A DNA stretch of 64,000 nt. Source: an uncultured Deferribacterales bacterium (lineage in GTDB: Bacteria; Chrysiogenota; Deferribacteres; Deferribacterales; Mucispirillaceae). The translations under genes were made by a program, and so were the position numbers. This document shows, piece after piece, positions 9,935 to 21,580 of the stretch (position 1 is its first letter; each line of letters starts with the position of its first letter). The notes under the pieces are model-generated. The model made no database searches. It was not told where the DNA came from and saw only the letters and a list, made by a program, of their open reading frames with translations. Location of the stretch: contig CANTXF010000034.1 in assembly GCA_947853665.1 (NCBI GenBank), positions 34,805 through 98,804 on the forward strand, given 5' to 3'.

Positions 9935-10090
9935 TCAGGGAACTCCCTTCGTCCGTTCACATTTTGATGGAAGGACATAAATAGCAGAAAAAGTATATTT
10001 TTTCCAGAAAAAACACAGGCCATCGCCGATATATGGCAGGAAAATTGCTATATAGATACGGGGACAACTGTCTCCCGGGAAAAGTTTTCC

Positions 10091-10118
10091 TAAAGGCCAG
10101 GACGGTTTTATCCGATAT
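10091..10118 (+). promoter_or_regulatory. candidate sigma-28 (FliA)-type promoter upstream of fliD
   Basis: CTAAAG-N16-CCGATAT, compared with the consensus TAAAG-N15-GCCGATAA. It lies about 45 nt upstream of the fliD ATG. A second GCCGATAT sits at 10024-10031. Confidence 0.35.
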
Positions 10119-10164
10119 TTTACCGTAAGGATAAAGGCACCGAAATAAAAAAGGAGGTCACGCA

Positions 10165-12990
10165 ATGGAATCTATGCGAGTGGGCGGTCTCGTTTCCGGT
10201 CTCGACACCAACGCCATAATCGAAAACCTTATGACGACGGCCAAAGAGCCTATAAACCGCATGAATGAAAAGGTCGACCTCCTTACCTGGGAGCAGACCC
10301 AATACAACGACATCCTTACCGCCCTGAGCGACCTTAAATCCGCCCTGCTGCCTTTAAAAATGGAAAGCACTTTCAAAAGCAAGCTGGCAACCTCCACGTC
10401 TTCTGACATCGCAGGAGCCACCGCCAGCGTCAACACTCCCCCGGGGTCATATACGCTGAAAGTGGACCAGACCGCGGAACCGTCCTACGCCGTAAGCACT
10501 TACACCAATTATGCCATGATTAAAAACGGGGCCGGAGTGGAAGGATTTTCCTCCCTTACCAAATATAAATACAACCAGATAGAGGGCCAGCATAAAGTAA
10601 CCGTAACGAACTCCGGTTCAACATGGATAGCTACGGATACGTTTACTTCCAAATCCAATCAGAAATTTAATAAAATGGCCGCTTCCGCGATGGATTCTTC
10701 CCTTGTGGACAGCAATGGCAAGCTTAAAAGCGGCGTAAACGAAACCCTTTCTTTCGTTTTTACATACAACGGAGAGGCAAAATCCGTTGACCTCAGCATG
10801 GATTATCCGGCCGGAACATACGTTACGACCATAGCCCAGGATCTGGAGCAGAGGATAAACGCCGTAATAGATAAAAATCTCAGCAAAGACGGAGGCCAGA
10901 GCCTTGCTATACGGGTGGACAGGGACGAAACCACCGGCGCTTTCAGCTTCGGCTTTTACGACACCACAAACGATTCAAAAATAGAGGTAATCGGCTTCAG
11001 AGACCCTAATTACGACCCGTCCAACCCCAGCGCGACGGACGGCTCCGCCGCCACGGCTCTGGCAAAAAATCTGGGAGTATATTTTAACCAGGATATAAGC
11101 CAGCCGGTTTCAACCTCCGAAATGACCAACACGGTCGTATCCAACAGCGCGGAGAATCTGGGCAAAAAAATTAACAGCGCCGAAGGCGGCCTCATTATGG
11201 GCGCCCAATTCAAATTCGCTTCCGGCGGCCTTGAAACCGGAACCTTCTCCGTAAACCAGGACTCGACCGCCAACAATAGGGTAGCCTCGAAATCGACCTT
11301 TACCGGAGCCACCTTTTCAAAGCTCGCCTCGGCCACGGACGAAGAAATAGACGCCTGGATGAAAACGGCCCTCGGCGCCGCAGACTCCGACGACAGCAGC
11401 GGCAAGCCTTATACGAGAAACTTTTTCGACACCCAGCCAAGCGATGATACGAACGGCTTTTTCCATATAAACGGGGTAAGAATAGATATAAACGATTACA
11501 GAACCCTTACCCCCGAAAGGCTTATAGGCCTTATAAACGGTTCCGGGGCGGGCGTCACGGCTTCATTCGACAGGGACGAAGGCGTATTCAAAATAGAAAG
11601 CAACACGCCGGGCTCCGGCGACGTTACCATGGGGCAGGACGGAGACACTTCCGACATCCTCTCTATAATGAAGGTTACGATACCATCGGGCGCCACTTAC
11701 ACGAGAGGCAAAACCGACGGCACCATAGACACCTCCGCCAAGCTGTCCGGAACGGACAGCGGCCTGACTACGTCCATAACAAGCGGGATTTTCACGATAA
11801 ACGGGGTTTCCATATATGTGGACACTTCCACGGATACCCTTGAAAGCGTAATGAAGAAAATAAACAGCTCCGGAGCGGGAGTAACCATAAACTACGACTC
11901 CACCACGGATAAATTCTCCATGTCCGGCACAGGTACGGAAAGGATAAAGCTGGGAAGCCCCAACGACTCGTCCAATTTTCTCGCGGCCATAAACCTTACC
12001 TATAACGCATACGAGGAAATAGAAGTCGGTTCGGAGGGAAAAAGCGCCGTATTCACCATAAACGGAACGAAATACACCAGAGATTCCAATACCGTTACGG
12101 ACGCCGTGGCAGGAATGACTATAAATATATCGGATACCGGCACAACAGTAATAAACGTGAGCATAGACACCGACAAAGCGGTAGACGCTATGGCCGGGTT
12201 CGCCGCGAAATACAACGAGCTTATGAACAAGCTCTCACCAACGGAGCCTTCCGACTCGGACAGGGACAAATACAGCGAGGCCCTGTCGGATGAAGATAAG
12301 GCCGATATGTCCGAAGACGAAATAAAAACTTACGAAACGAACTACAACCGTATCCAGTATTACGATATGGTATCGAAAAGCTCGGAGCTGCGTTATCTGA
12401 AAATGAACCTGCGCAGCAATATAATGAACGAGGTAGTCCTTTCCAATAATAAATTCAGAAGCCTGAGCGACCTCGGGGTAATTATCGCCGGGTCGGACAC
12501 CAGAAACACCGATGTTACGAAGCTCGGTCTTTTGTTCGACGTATCCACGGATAAGGAAGAGCTGGCGAAGTATATAAAGGAAAGCACGGATTTTGTATCC
12601 ACAGTAACGGAATATCCCGACGACGTGTATAAATTCTTTACGGAAAATACGGAAGTAAAGATTTCGAAATCCACCGGAAAGGTAATAACCGATTCCAACA
12701 GCAAGGAAGAATACACAACGGTAACATATACCGGCTGGGCGCGCCGTTACGACACGTTTCTCGTAAACAATACTTCCACGACTTCCACCCTTTATAAAAA
12801 GGCCGGCACCAACGGCACGCTGGATACTCAAATAAGCAATTTAAAAAAACAGATAGAAACCCAGACAATCAGAGCGGAAAATTACCTTGAGCGCATGTGG
12901 GCTCAGTTTGCCGCGATGGAAGAAAGGGTACAGAATATGCAGACGCAGGCAAGCTATCTTACTCAAATCAGCGGCTTATCGTCCAGTTAA
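10165..12990 (+). CDS. fliD: flagellar filament cap protein FliD (unusually long, 941 aa)
   Basis: The N-terminus MESMRVGGLVSGLDTNAIIENLM is the FliD signature. The C-terminus is a coiled-coil FliD_C-like region. A GGAGG RBS is present. The central region is expanded with Thr/Ser/Asp/Gly-rich sequence. Confidence 0.8.
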   Translation: MESMRVGGLVSGLDTNAIIENLMTTAKEPINRMNEKVDLLTWEQTQYNDILTALSDLKSALLPLKMESTFKSKLATSTSSDIAGATASVNTPPGSYTLKVDQTAEPSYAVSTYTNYAMIKNGAGVEGFSSLTKYKYNQIEGQHKVTVTNSGSTWIATDTFTSKSNQKFNKMAASAMDSSLVDSNGKLKSGVNETLSFVFTYNGEAKSVDLSMDYPAGTYVTTIAQDLEQRINAVIDKNLSKDGGQSLAIRVDRDETTGAFSFGFYDTTNDSKIEVIGFRDPNYDPSNPSATDGSAATALAKNLGVYFNQDISQPVSTSEMTNTVVSNSAENLGKKINSAEGGLIMGAQFKFASGGLETGTFSVNQDSTANNRVASKSTFTGATFSKLASATDEEIDAWMKTALGAADSDDSSGKPYTRNFFDTQPSDDTNGFFHINGVRIDINDYRTLTPERLIGLINGSGAGVTASFDRDEGVFKIESNTPGSGDVTMGQDGDTSDILSIMKVTIPSGATYTRGKTDGTIDTSAKLSGTDSGLTTSITSGIFTINGVSIYVDTSTDTLESVMKKINSSGAGVTINYDSTTDKFSMSGTGTERIKLGSPNDSSNFLAAINLTYNAYEEIEVGSEGKSAVFTINGTKYTRDSNTVTDAVAGMTINISDTGTTVINVSIDTDKAVDAMAGFAAKYNELMNKLSPTEPSDSDRDKYSEALSDEDKADMSEDEIKTYETNYNRIQYYDMVSKSSELRYLKMNLRSNIMNEVVLSNNKFRSLSDLGVIIAGSDTRNTDVTKLGLLFDVSTDKEELAKYIKESTDFVSTVTEYPDDVYKFFTENTEVKISKSTGKVITDSNSKEEYTTVTYTGWARRYDTFLVNNTSTTSTLYKKAGTNGTLDTQISNLKKQIETQTIRAENYLERMWAQFAAMEERVQNMQTQASYLTQISGLSSS

Positions 12991-13001
12991 GGGGGCATTT
13001 G

Positions 13002-13433
13002 ATGCAGACATCGGCTTATAAAAACTATCAGAGGCAGGAAGTGGAAGGCGCGACGAAAGGAAAAATAGTCGTCCTTCTTTTCGAGGGGGCGATTAAGTTC
13101 CTGAGAATAGCCTGCAAAAACATCGACGAAAAAAACATACAGGACTCGCACAATAATATCGTAAAAGCGGAAAATATCCTGTACGAGCTTATGTCCACCC
13201 TTAATATGGACGCGGGCGAAATTGCGGAAAACCTTATGAAGCTTTACGACTTTATGATATGGCAGCTTATCGAGGCCAACAGGGATAAGGACAAAAACAA
13301 GATAAACTCCGTCATAGAGCTTCTGACCCCGCTAAAAGACGCCTGGAAAGAGGTTGTGGAAAAAGAAGCCATATCCGTAGTAAAAAAACCGGTGGAAAAA
13401 AGCGAAATAAAATCCATAAACTTTGCCGGATAA
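13002..13433 (+). CDS. fliS: flagellar export chaperone FliS
   Basis: MQTSAYKNYQRQEVEGATKGKIVVLLFEGAIKF is a typical FliS four-helix bundle. The start sits after a GGGGG RBS and 12 nt after the fliD stop. Confidence 0.85.
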   Translation: MQTSAYKNYQRQEVEGATKGKIVVLLFEGAIKFLRIACKNIDEKNIQDSHNNIVKAENILYELMSTLNMDAGEIAENLMKLYDFMIWQLIEANRDKDKNKINSVIELLTPLKDAWKEVVEKEAISVVKKPVEKSEIKSINFAG

Positions 13434-13441
13434 AATTTAAC

Positions 13442-13468
13442 GGGCCTCCTTATGGAGGCCTTTGATTT
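13442..13468 (+). terminator. intrinsic terminator after fliS
   Basis: A GGGCCTCC-ttat-GGAGGCC hairpin followed by a T-rich TTGATTT tract. Confidence 0.55.
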
Positions 13469-13801
13469 ACGGTCTTTACCGGAAAGCCGGGCGTGTCCTC
13501 CTCCGGTCGAATATAAAACCACTCCGTAGCACAAACCCGTACTGTGTTCGATTAAGCTTATAAAATATAGTATAAGCCGCCCCGCATCCACTCGGGGTAG
13601 GCAGCGGCTTCCCGATATGGCGGTAATACCCGCATAATCGGGCAGCCATCGTCAAAATATAACGACACACAGGTTTTATCCCCCCCCAAAACCGCAATTA
13701 AAATAACCGCCCTTCCCTCTTTTTGCTGGAATTTAAAAAATAAATCCTTTAAAATGAAATGTTATATCTAAAATAAATGCATCGTGATTTGGAGAGGATA
13801 A

Positions 13802-15151
13802 ATGCCGCGTTATAAGAATTTTTTAATAACGGCCGCAGCGCTTTTTGCCCTGACAGGCTGCGGAGGAGGAGGCGGAAGCGATCCGGTGATTACGCCGGGA
13901 GAGACTGACGCCCCAAAACAGGTATCTTTCGGCATAGTGAAAACGGAAACGAAAGCCGTAATAAAAATAAAAAACGCCGGATTATCGGCCCTTATCATAA
14001 AAGACATCAATGTGACGGGCAGCGCCGATTTCAACAAATCAATAGAAAACGACAACTGCACCAACAAGGTAATAGCCGGATACGGTTCCTGCGATTTTAC
14101 CGTTATATTCTCGCCTTACGCTTCTTCTGAAAGCGGTATGTCCGAAGCCTCCGTTACTATAACATCCGACAGCTCCGTAAATCCGTCGGAAACCATAGCC
14201 CTTTACGGATACGGGGAAGGCTCCTGGAAAACCGCCGCTTCCGCCGGAACATCCTTTCCCGAAGCCCGTTACGGCCATTCGGCGGCTTCCACGGACAGCC
14301 TGTTTTATATTTTCGGCGGGATAGACGGAGCCGGTTTCAAAAACGACCTCTGGAGCGCCAACGGTTCAGGAGAATGGCTGGACCTTTCCTCCGGCTCCGA
14401 AAAGCCGGAAGCGCGGGCTTACGCGACGCTGCTGAATATAAAGGGCGATATTTATCTGTTCGGAGGCAAATCAAGAGGAGCGGGCGGAGCTGAAATATAT
14501 TTTAACGACGTGTGGCATTACTCGCCTTTCAGCAAAGTATGGGAACGCTTTACCGGCCAGACGGCAAACGGCCCGGAAGCGGATAAAACCTGTTCCTCCA
14601 ACGCGGTGACTCTTGACAACTATATATACTCCATAGCCCCCGATGGCGACGGCCCCGTAAAAATATACAGGCTCGACGTCGGAAACACGGCCCGGGTCTG
14701 GGAAACGGTAAACGCCTTTAACGCTCCCGTCCTTACGGGAAACCTTAAAGCCAATTCCGTAATCGATGGAAAAATATACGTTTTCGGCCTTTCAAAAACC
14801 GGCGCGGAAGAATTATGGGTGCTTGACCCGAAACTGCTCTTTTTCGAGAAAACCGTCCTGCCGGAAGGCCAGGAAATGCCCGCAGTAGGAAACGCCCCTT
14901 TCTCCGCCGTTCAGATGGACGGAGGCTTCGCCCTTTTTGCGGACAACGGAACGGACCCGCGTATGTGGAGCTATACGCCTGATGAAGGGTTCAGGGAAAT
15001 ACCTGCCACGGGCTGGATAACCGACCAGGAAGCCACGGCATTGACCGACTGGGCAGGTTCTTATTTTAATAAACATATTATAAGGTTCGGCGGTCGTTAT
15101 ATTACCGCCAGTGGAACTATCAATACAGGCGAATATATAAGATACGAGTAG
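13802..15151 (+). CDS. Kelch-repeat beta-propeller lipoprotein (NanM-like) with an N-terminal Ig-like domain
   Basis: The signal peptide ends in the lipobox LTGC. The protein contains repeated Kelch-type FGG/W motifs (ARYGHSAAS, IFGG, LFGG). Confidence 0.5.
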   Translation: MPRYKNFLITAAALFALTGCGGGGGSDPVITPGETDAPKQVSFGIVKTETKAVIKIKNAGLSALIIKDINVTGSADFNKSIENDNCTNKVIAGYGSCDFTVIFSPYASSESGMSEASVTITSDSSVNPSETIALYGYGEGSWKTAASAGTSFPEARYGHSAASTDSLFYIFGGIDGAGFKNDLWSANGSGEWLDLSSGSEKPEARAYATLLNIKGDIYLFGGKSRGAGGAEIYFNDVWHYSPFSKVWERFTGQTANGPEADKTCSSNAVTLDNYIYSIAPDGDGPVKIYRLDVGNTARVWETVNAFNAPVLTGNLKANSVIDGKIYVFGLSKTGAEELWVLDPKLLFFEKTVLPEGQEMPAVGNAPFSAVQMDGGFALFADNGTDPRMWSYTPDEGFREIPATGWITDQEATALTDWAGSYFNKHIIRFGGRYITASGTINTGEYIRYE

Positions 15152-15153
15152 CG

Positions 15154-15486
15154 ATGGAAAAAGATCTCTCTATAATACTTGACCAGTGCGAAAAGCAGGC
15201 GGATAAACTGCTGAAAATAAAAGTAGACGACGCCTTTATGGCGGAACTTGACGTATTCGACAGCTATTTCAGCCAGCTTCAGCAGATAATGGACGAAAAA
15301 AAAGCGAAAGAAAACTCGGAACGTCTAAAAAACCTCCGCCTGCTTATAGAGCGTTTTAAAAAAAAGGTGGAAAACGCAATGGAAGCCACCATGAAGGAAA
15401 TTAAAAACGCAGGGATGAAAAAACGCTCCATAGGATACGGAACCCAGAAAGTGTCCGAAGCGATAAAATTCGACAAACGGTTGTAA
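15154..15486 (+). CDS. small coiled-coil protein, hypothetical
   Basis: 110 aa, predicted all alpha-helical. It starts 2 nt after the Kelch gene stop. Confidence 0.4.
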   Translation: MEKDLSIILDQCEKQADKLLKIKVDDAFMAELDVFDSYFSQLQQIMDEKKAKENSERLKNLRLLIERFKKKVENAMEATMKEIKNAGMKKRSIGYGTQKVSEAIKFDKRL

Positions 15487-15487
15487 T

Positions 15488-15793
15488 ATGACCCCATATA
15501 AGGACCTGTTCAAAATAATATTTACGGACGAGGACGATAAACCCGTGACCGTACACGCGGCGGAAGTGGCCCCCTCCTCCCTGCTGGGCTTTATAGAAGC
15601 TGCCGAGCTTACCTTTCCGGAGCCTTCAGATATTATAATCGCTCCGGCGGACGACAGGGCTAGAAGCCTTTTTAAGGACGTAAAAAGAATATATATCCCC
15701 ATAAACCGCATAATACGCGTAGACGAACTTTCGGCCGATAAAAAGGCTCCGGTGATATCCCTGGTAAACCAGGAAAAGCAAACGGATATATGA
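15488..15793 (+). CDS. hypothetical protein
   Basis: 101 aa. Its start overlaps the previous gene's stop (TAATATG) and its stop overlaps the next gene's start (ATATGA), so it appears translationally coupled. Confidence 0.4.
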   Translation: MTPYKDLFKIIFTDEDDKPVTVHAAEVAPSSLLGFIEAAELTFPEPSDIIIAPADDRARSLFKDVKRIYIPINRIIRVDELSADKKAPVISLVNQEKQTDI

Positions 15794-16839
15794 ACAGAGT
15801 ACAGCGGTATATAATAAAAGAGATACTGCCCGTATTCATTATGGGCAACTTTCTTTTTATGTTTCTCCTGCTGCTTGAAAAGCTGGTGACCCTGGCGGAC
15901 CTTTTTTTCGCGAAAAACGTGCCGGTTTATCTCCTGATCGAAACGATAATATACTTTCTGCCGTCGCTTTTTGTGATGACGATACCCCTTGCCGGGCTGC
16001 TGGCCGTTCTTATAGCGTTCAGCAGGCTGTCGTCAGATTCGGAGCTTATCGCCATGAGGGCTACCGGAGCAAGCAACTGGAGCCTGCTGAAGCCCGCCGT
16101 GATTTTCGGCCTGTTCTCAGCCTGCCTGGGCCTTCTTATGAGCGCCTATCTTGTGGAAAAAGGCAGCAGGCTGGCGCTGAACAACCTTAACAAAATCGTC
16201 GAAAACATTTCCATAAGCGACCTGCGGGAAAACGAAATGTATGAAAACCTGCCGGGCGTGATGCTTTTCGTAAAGCATAAATTTTCCGATACGGATTTCG
16301 AAGGTATAATAGCCGTCAACAAATCAGACGGCTCCATCGTAACCTCCTCCAGAGGCTCTATAAGCCCTACGGACACTAAAACCATGGAAATGAACTTCAA
16401 GGACGGCCGTATAACTCTCACTTCAAAAGACGGGGAAACCACGAGCATTTCTTTCGACAATATGATTTTCAACATGCCCATGAACATAAACATTGCCTCC
16501 GCGGTGGACACCCCCATGACCATGAGCATAGGGCAGCTTATAAAAGCCTCGGGCGAAAATCCGAAAGCGGCCTTCGAGCTTTCCAAGCGGTTCGCCTTAC
16601 CCCTGTCCTCGCTTATTATGTGCATGTTCGGCTTTACCCTCGGCGTGTTTCTTTCCAGATCGGGAAAATCCTTCGGTATAATAATATCCATAGGCATAGC
16701 GTTTTTATATAACTTTATGATGCTGTATCTGGAAAACCTGGCGGGCAAAAGCGGAATAAATCCATTTCTTGCAGCCTGGCTGCCTGATATAGCCTTTTCC
16801 CTGCTGCTTGTTTACTTCCTGAAACGCTCTTTCAGGTAA
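15790..16839 (+). CDS. LptF/LptG-family (YjgP/YjgQ) permease
   Basis: 349 aa. TM helices at both ends with a periplasmic beta-jellyroll insert, the characteristic LptF/G architecture. Confidence 0.7.
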   Translation: MNRVQRYIIKEILPVFIMGNFLFMFLLLLEKLVTLADLFFAKNVPVYLLIETIIYFLPSLFVMTIPLAGLLAVLIAFSRLSSDSELIAMRATGASNWSLLKPAVIFGLFSACLGLLMSAYLVEKGSRLALNNLNKIVENISISDLRENEMYENLPGVMLFVKHKFSDTDFEGIIAVNKSDGSIVTSSRGSISPTDTKTMEMNFKDGRITLTSKDGETTSISFDNMIFNMPMNINIASAVDTPMTMSIGQLIKASGENPKAAFELSKRFALPLSSLIMCMFGFTLGVFLSRSGKSFGIIISIGIAFLYNFMMLYLENLAGKSGINPFLAAWLPDIAFSLLLVYFLKRSFR

Positions 16840-16891
16840 TTGACATCATTACTAAAAAAATATACTATTTCAGCAATTTTAACGGAGGTAA

Positions 16892-18683
<1,792 letters not shown>

Positions 18684-18796
18684 AAAACTCGCCCTGCGTC
18701 ATAAAGCCTTTAAGGTATTTTCCCGAACTGGCTCCGGAAGCCTCAACATGGTTCGGAAACAGGTGGAATATCCCTGCGGAAGCGTATCTCGATAGC

Positions 18797-19153
18797 ATGA
18801 TAAAATGCGCGGAGCGTAACGCTCCGCTTCCTCAGTGGTACGTAATACCGGATAAAGCCGGAGGAATAGCCGCCGGAGCAGGTCTTATAGAAAACGATTT
18901 TCATGACAGGAAAGATTTAACGCCTAATATATGCGCCCTTTTTGTGGAGGAACACCGCAGGGGCGAAGGGATGGCCGGAAAGCTGCTTGATTTTATCAGA
19001 AAAGACGCGGCCGCTCTAGGCTTCCTGCGGCTATACCTTGTTACCGAGCTTACAGGGTTTTATGAAAAATACGGATGGAGCTTTTTAACCGAAGCATCTT
19101 CCAACGAGGGGCCTGTGCGTATATACGAAGCTCCGGCCGTTGCTCTTACGTGA
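18797..19153 (+). CDS. GNAT acetyltransferase; N-terminus apparently missing or frameshifted
   Basis: The GNAT motif A (HRRGEGMAGKLL) is too close to the annotated start. The reading frame stays open upstream with no ATG, and an ATG at 18748 is in the +1 frame. Confidence 0.5.
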   Translation: MIKCAERNAPLPQWYVIPDKAGGIAAGAGLIENDFHDRKDLTPNICALFVEEHRRGEGMAGKLLDFIRKDAAALGFLRLYLVTELTGFYEKYGWSFLTEASSNEGPVRIYEAPAVALT

Positions 19154-19237
19154 GCAAGTTTTTTATTAAGAATTATCGTGCAACAGGCCGGGGCCATGCT
19201 GCCGGAAGCCTTACCGGCATAAAGCGTACTAAACCGC

Positions 19238-19855
19238 CTACGGAGCCTGTTTTTCCTCATTGCTTTTATTATCCTGGCCGCTGTCCGGCCGTCCCGAAAA
19301 ATCCTTTTCTATTTTTTTGGAATCCTCTTTAAGCTGCCTGCCGATATTTTCAATGCTTTTTCCGATAGGGTCCTCCTTTACAAAGTCGTCAAAAGCTTTT
19401 CCGGCGTCGTTAGAGGCTGTTTCGTATAACGGATAGGATATAGTCATGCCTCCTGCGGGAGACGCATCCGCGGGAGAAACGTCTCCTGCAGGCTCATTTT
19501 CAGGCTCTTCCGCAGATGGAGCTTCCTGAGGAAGTTCCTCGTGAGATTCTCCACGGACGGGCTCTTCCGAAAGGGCGCTCCCGTTATCAGAGTTTTCAGC
19601 GGCAGGCGCTTCTGCCGCCCGGCTTTCTTCCGCCGGGGATTCCGCGCCTGAAAGGTTATCGCTTACGGCTTCAGAGGTATTATCCGCCGGAAGGACGGGC
19701 GCGGCGTCGATAATTTTGTGTATGTCTTCATTTATTCTATGGTCGGCGTTTTTAATAGTGTCCAGACCGTTCATTTTCTGAAACAGAAAAGCCCCGCCCA
19801 GAATAATGATAAAAATAAAACCGAAAACGATTATCGTTGACACCATATTTTTCAT
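19238..19855 (-). CDS. membrane-anchored acidic, low-complexity protein
   Basis: N-terminal TM helix followed by a Glu/Pro/Ala/Ser-rich tail. Confidence 0.4.
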   Translation of the reverse strand: MKNMVSTIIVFGFIFIIILGGAFLFQKMNGLDTIKNADHRINEDIHKIIDAAPVLPADNTSEAVSDNLSGAESPAEESRAAEAPAAENSDNGSALSEEPVRGESHEELPQEAPSAEEPENEPAGDVSPADASPAGGMTISYPLYETASNDAGKAFDDFVKEDPIGKSIENIGRQLKEDSKKIEKDFSGRPDSGQDNKSNEEKQAP

Positions 19856-19871
19856 ACGCGCTATCCCTTCG

Positions 19872-20690
19872 TTATTTTTTGCTCATTTCCTTAGATTTGG
19901 CCGCCGCGGCCGACACCGCCTCGATAAAAGCGGCCCTGACGCCGCCTTTTTCAAGTTTATAGACTCCCTCTATCGTAGTTCCGGCCGGAGACGTTACCAT
20001 ATCTTTAAGGGCTCCAGGATGCATGCCGGTTTTAATAACCATTTCCGCCGCGCCTAAAACGGCCTGGGCCGCCATAAGGTAAGCGTCCTCCCGTTTAAGG
20101 CCGGCCATTACCCCGGCGTCGCCCATAGCTTCTATAACCTGAAAAATGAACGCCGGGCTGGAACCGGAAACGCCTACCACCGCGTCCATCTTATCTTCTC
20201 CAACCTCCACCGCCCTGCCGACGCAGGAAAAAAGGCTTAAAACAGTGTCTATATCCTTTCTGTCCGCCGCGCCTCCGCCGCAGACCGCGCTCATGGCCTG
20301 CCTTACAAGGGCCGGGGTATTAGGCATTACCCTGACGACTTTCCTGCCGCCGCCCATAAAGGACAGCATATCCGCAACTGAAAGACCTGCCACCACGGAA
20401 ACTATCACGCAGTCTTTTCCCAGAGACGGAGCTATCATCCTCAGCAGCCGTTCAGCCGCGTCCGGTTTAACGGCGATTATTATAACGTCGCAAAGAGCCG
20501 CTATCTCCAAAGGAGACGAAGGCCTTACACCCAGCTTTTCCGCAAGGGAAGCGACCCTGCTTTCTTTATTATCGGCAACGAAAATAGCCTGCGGCGAAAC
20601 CGTGCCGGAGGAAACCATGCCTTCGATAAGCGCTCCGCCCATATTGCCCGCGCCTATAACCCCCAGCTTTATGTTGGGCATACCGTTCAT
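19872..20690 (-). CDS. proC: pyrroline-5-carboxylate reductase
   Basis: Rossmann motif IKLGVIGAGNMG plus conserved ProC core motifs. I placed the start at MNGMPNIK after an AAGAGGG RBS. The ATGA overlaps the upstream hydrolase stop. Confidence 0.85.
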   Translation of the reverse strand: MNGMPNIKLGVIGAGNMGGALIEGMVSSGTVSPQAIFVADNKESRVASLAEKLGVRPSSPLEIAALCDVIIIAVKPDAAERLLRMIAPSLGKDCVIVSVVAGLSVADMLSFMGGGRKVVRVMPNTPALVRQAMSAVCGGGAADRKDIDTVLSLFSCVGRAVEVGEDKMDAVVGVSGSSPAFIFQVIEAMGDAGVMAGLKREDAYLMAAQAVLGAAEMVIKTGMHPGALKDMVTSPAGTTIEGVYKLEKGGVRAAFIEAVSAAAAKSKEMSKK

Positions 20691-21559
20691 AAGGAAACCC
20701 TCTTTACCCATTTTACTATATCTTCCCTTACGCGCTCCAGGCGGGGCAGCGTGAGTATATGCTGTATTTTCATGGCCTTATTGTCGTATATATGCAGAGT
20801 TTTATCAACGGAAGCCATGCCTGAAAAAATATCCACGGCTTTTGCCGGGGACACTAGTATATCGCTCCTTGAAATGCCAAGCATAACGGGAACGCTTATG
20901 TTTTCCGCCGAACCGTTAACGATACTCTGCAAAAGCCTCATGTCGTACAGAGACTTTACGGGAAAACCCGGATAGTTATAAGGCTTTTCCCAGTCCTTTA
21001 ATTTTCTGGGTACGTATTTTATAGCGTATCTAAGATATTTTACAAGAGGAAAGCCCGGAACCCTCACTTTAAATGCCGGAGCCAGCAGTCCGAGAGCGGA
21101 GACTTTATTGCGCATAGCCGCGGCGCAGGCAAGAAGGCCTCCGTTAGACTGGCCAATAACCGTAACCGAACGGCATGAACGGGATAAAGCGGAATATGGG
21201 GCCGCAAGGCTTTCGTACCAGTCCGCCCAGCCGGTTTTTATAAGGGCGTCCATATTTGCTCCGTGGCCCGCGACTCTGGCCGCGTATACGGTAAAGCCTT
21301 CCTCCTCCAGCGCGCGGGCCACAGGCAGCATTTCCCAGGGGGACGAGCAGAAACCGTGGATAAGCATAACTCCATCAGGGCCGCCTTTTTTAAAATAAGG
21401 CATGGAAAGCGGCTCCGATACGCCCTCCTTTACGGCAAGCTCCGCGTCACGCAGGAATATGGCTTCCGGGTCTCCGTCCTCTATCTTAAACGGTTTTATT
21501 TCATCCATATAACGCCTCCCGTAAGAAACAAGAATATTGCGAAAAAAAGCGAGGGGCAA
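20687..21559 (-). CDS. alpha/beta hydrolase (esterase/lipase family)
   Basis: GQSNGG nucleophile elbow and a HGF oxyanion-hole motif. Confidence 0.7.
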   Translation of the reverse strand: MPLAFFRNILVSYGRRYMDEIKPFKIEDGDPEAIFLRDAELAVKEGVSEPLSMPYFKKGGPDGVMLIHGFCSSPWEMLPVARALEEEGFTVYAARVAGHGANMDALIKTGWADWYESLAAPYSALSRSCRSVTVIGQSNGGLLACAAAMRNKVSALGLLAPAFKVRVPGFPLVKYLRYAIKYVPRKLKDWEKPYNYPGFPVKSLYDMRLLQSIVNGSAENISVPVMLGISRSDILVSPAKAVDIFSGMASVDKTLHIYDNKAMKIQHILTLPRLERVREDIVKWVKRVSL

Positions 21560-21580
21560 GCAAAAAGAAGCCAGGTCAGA

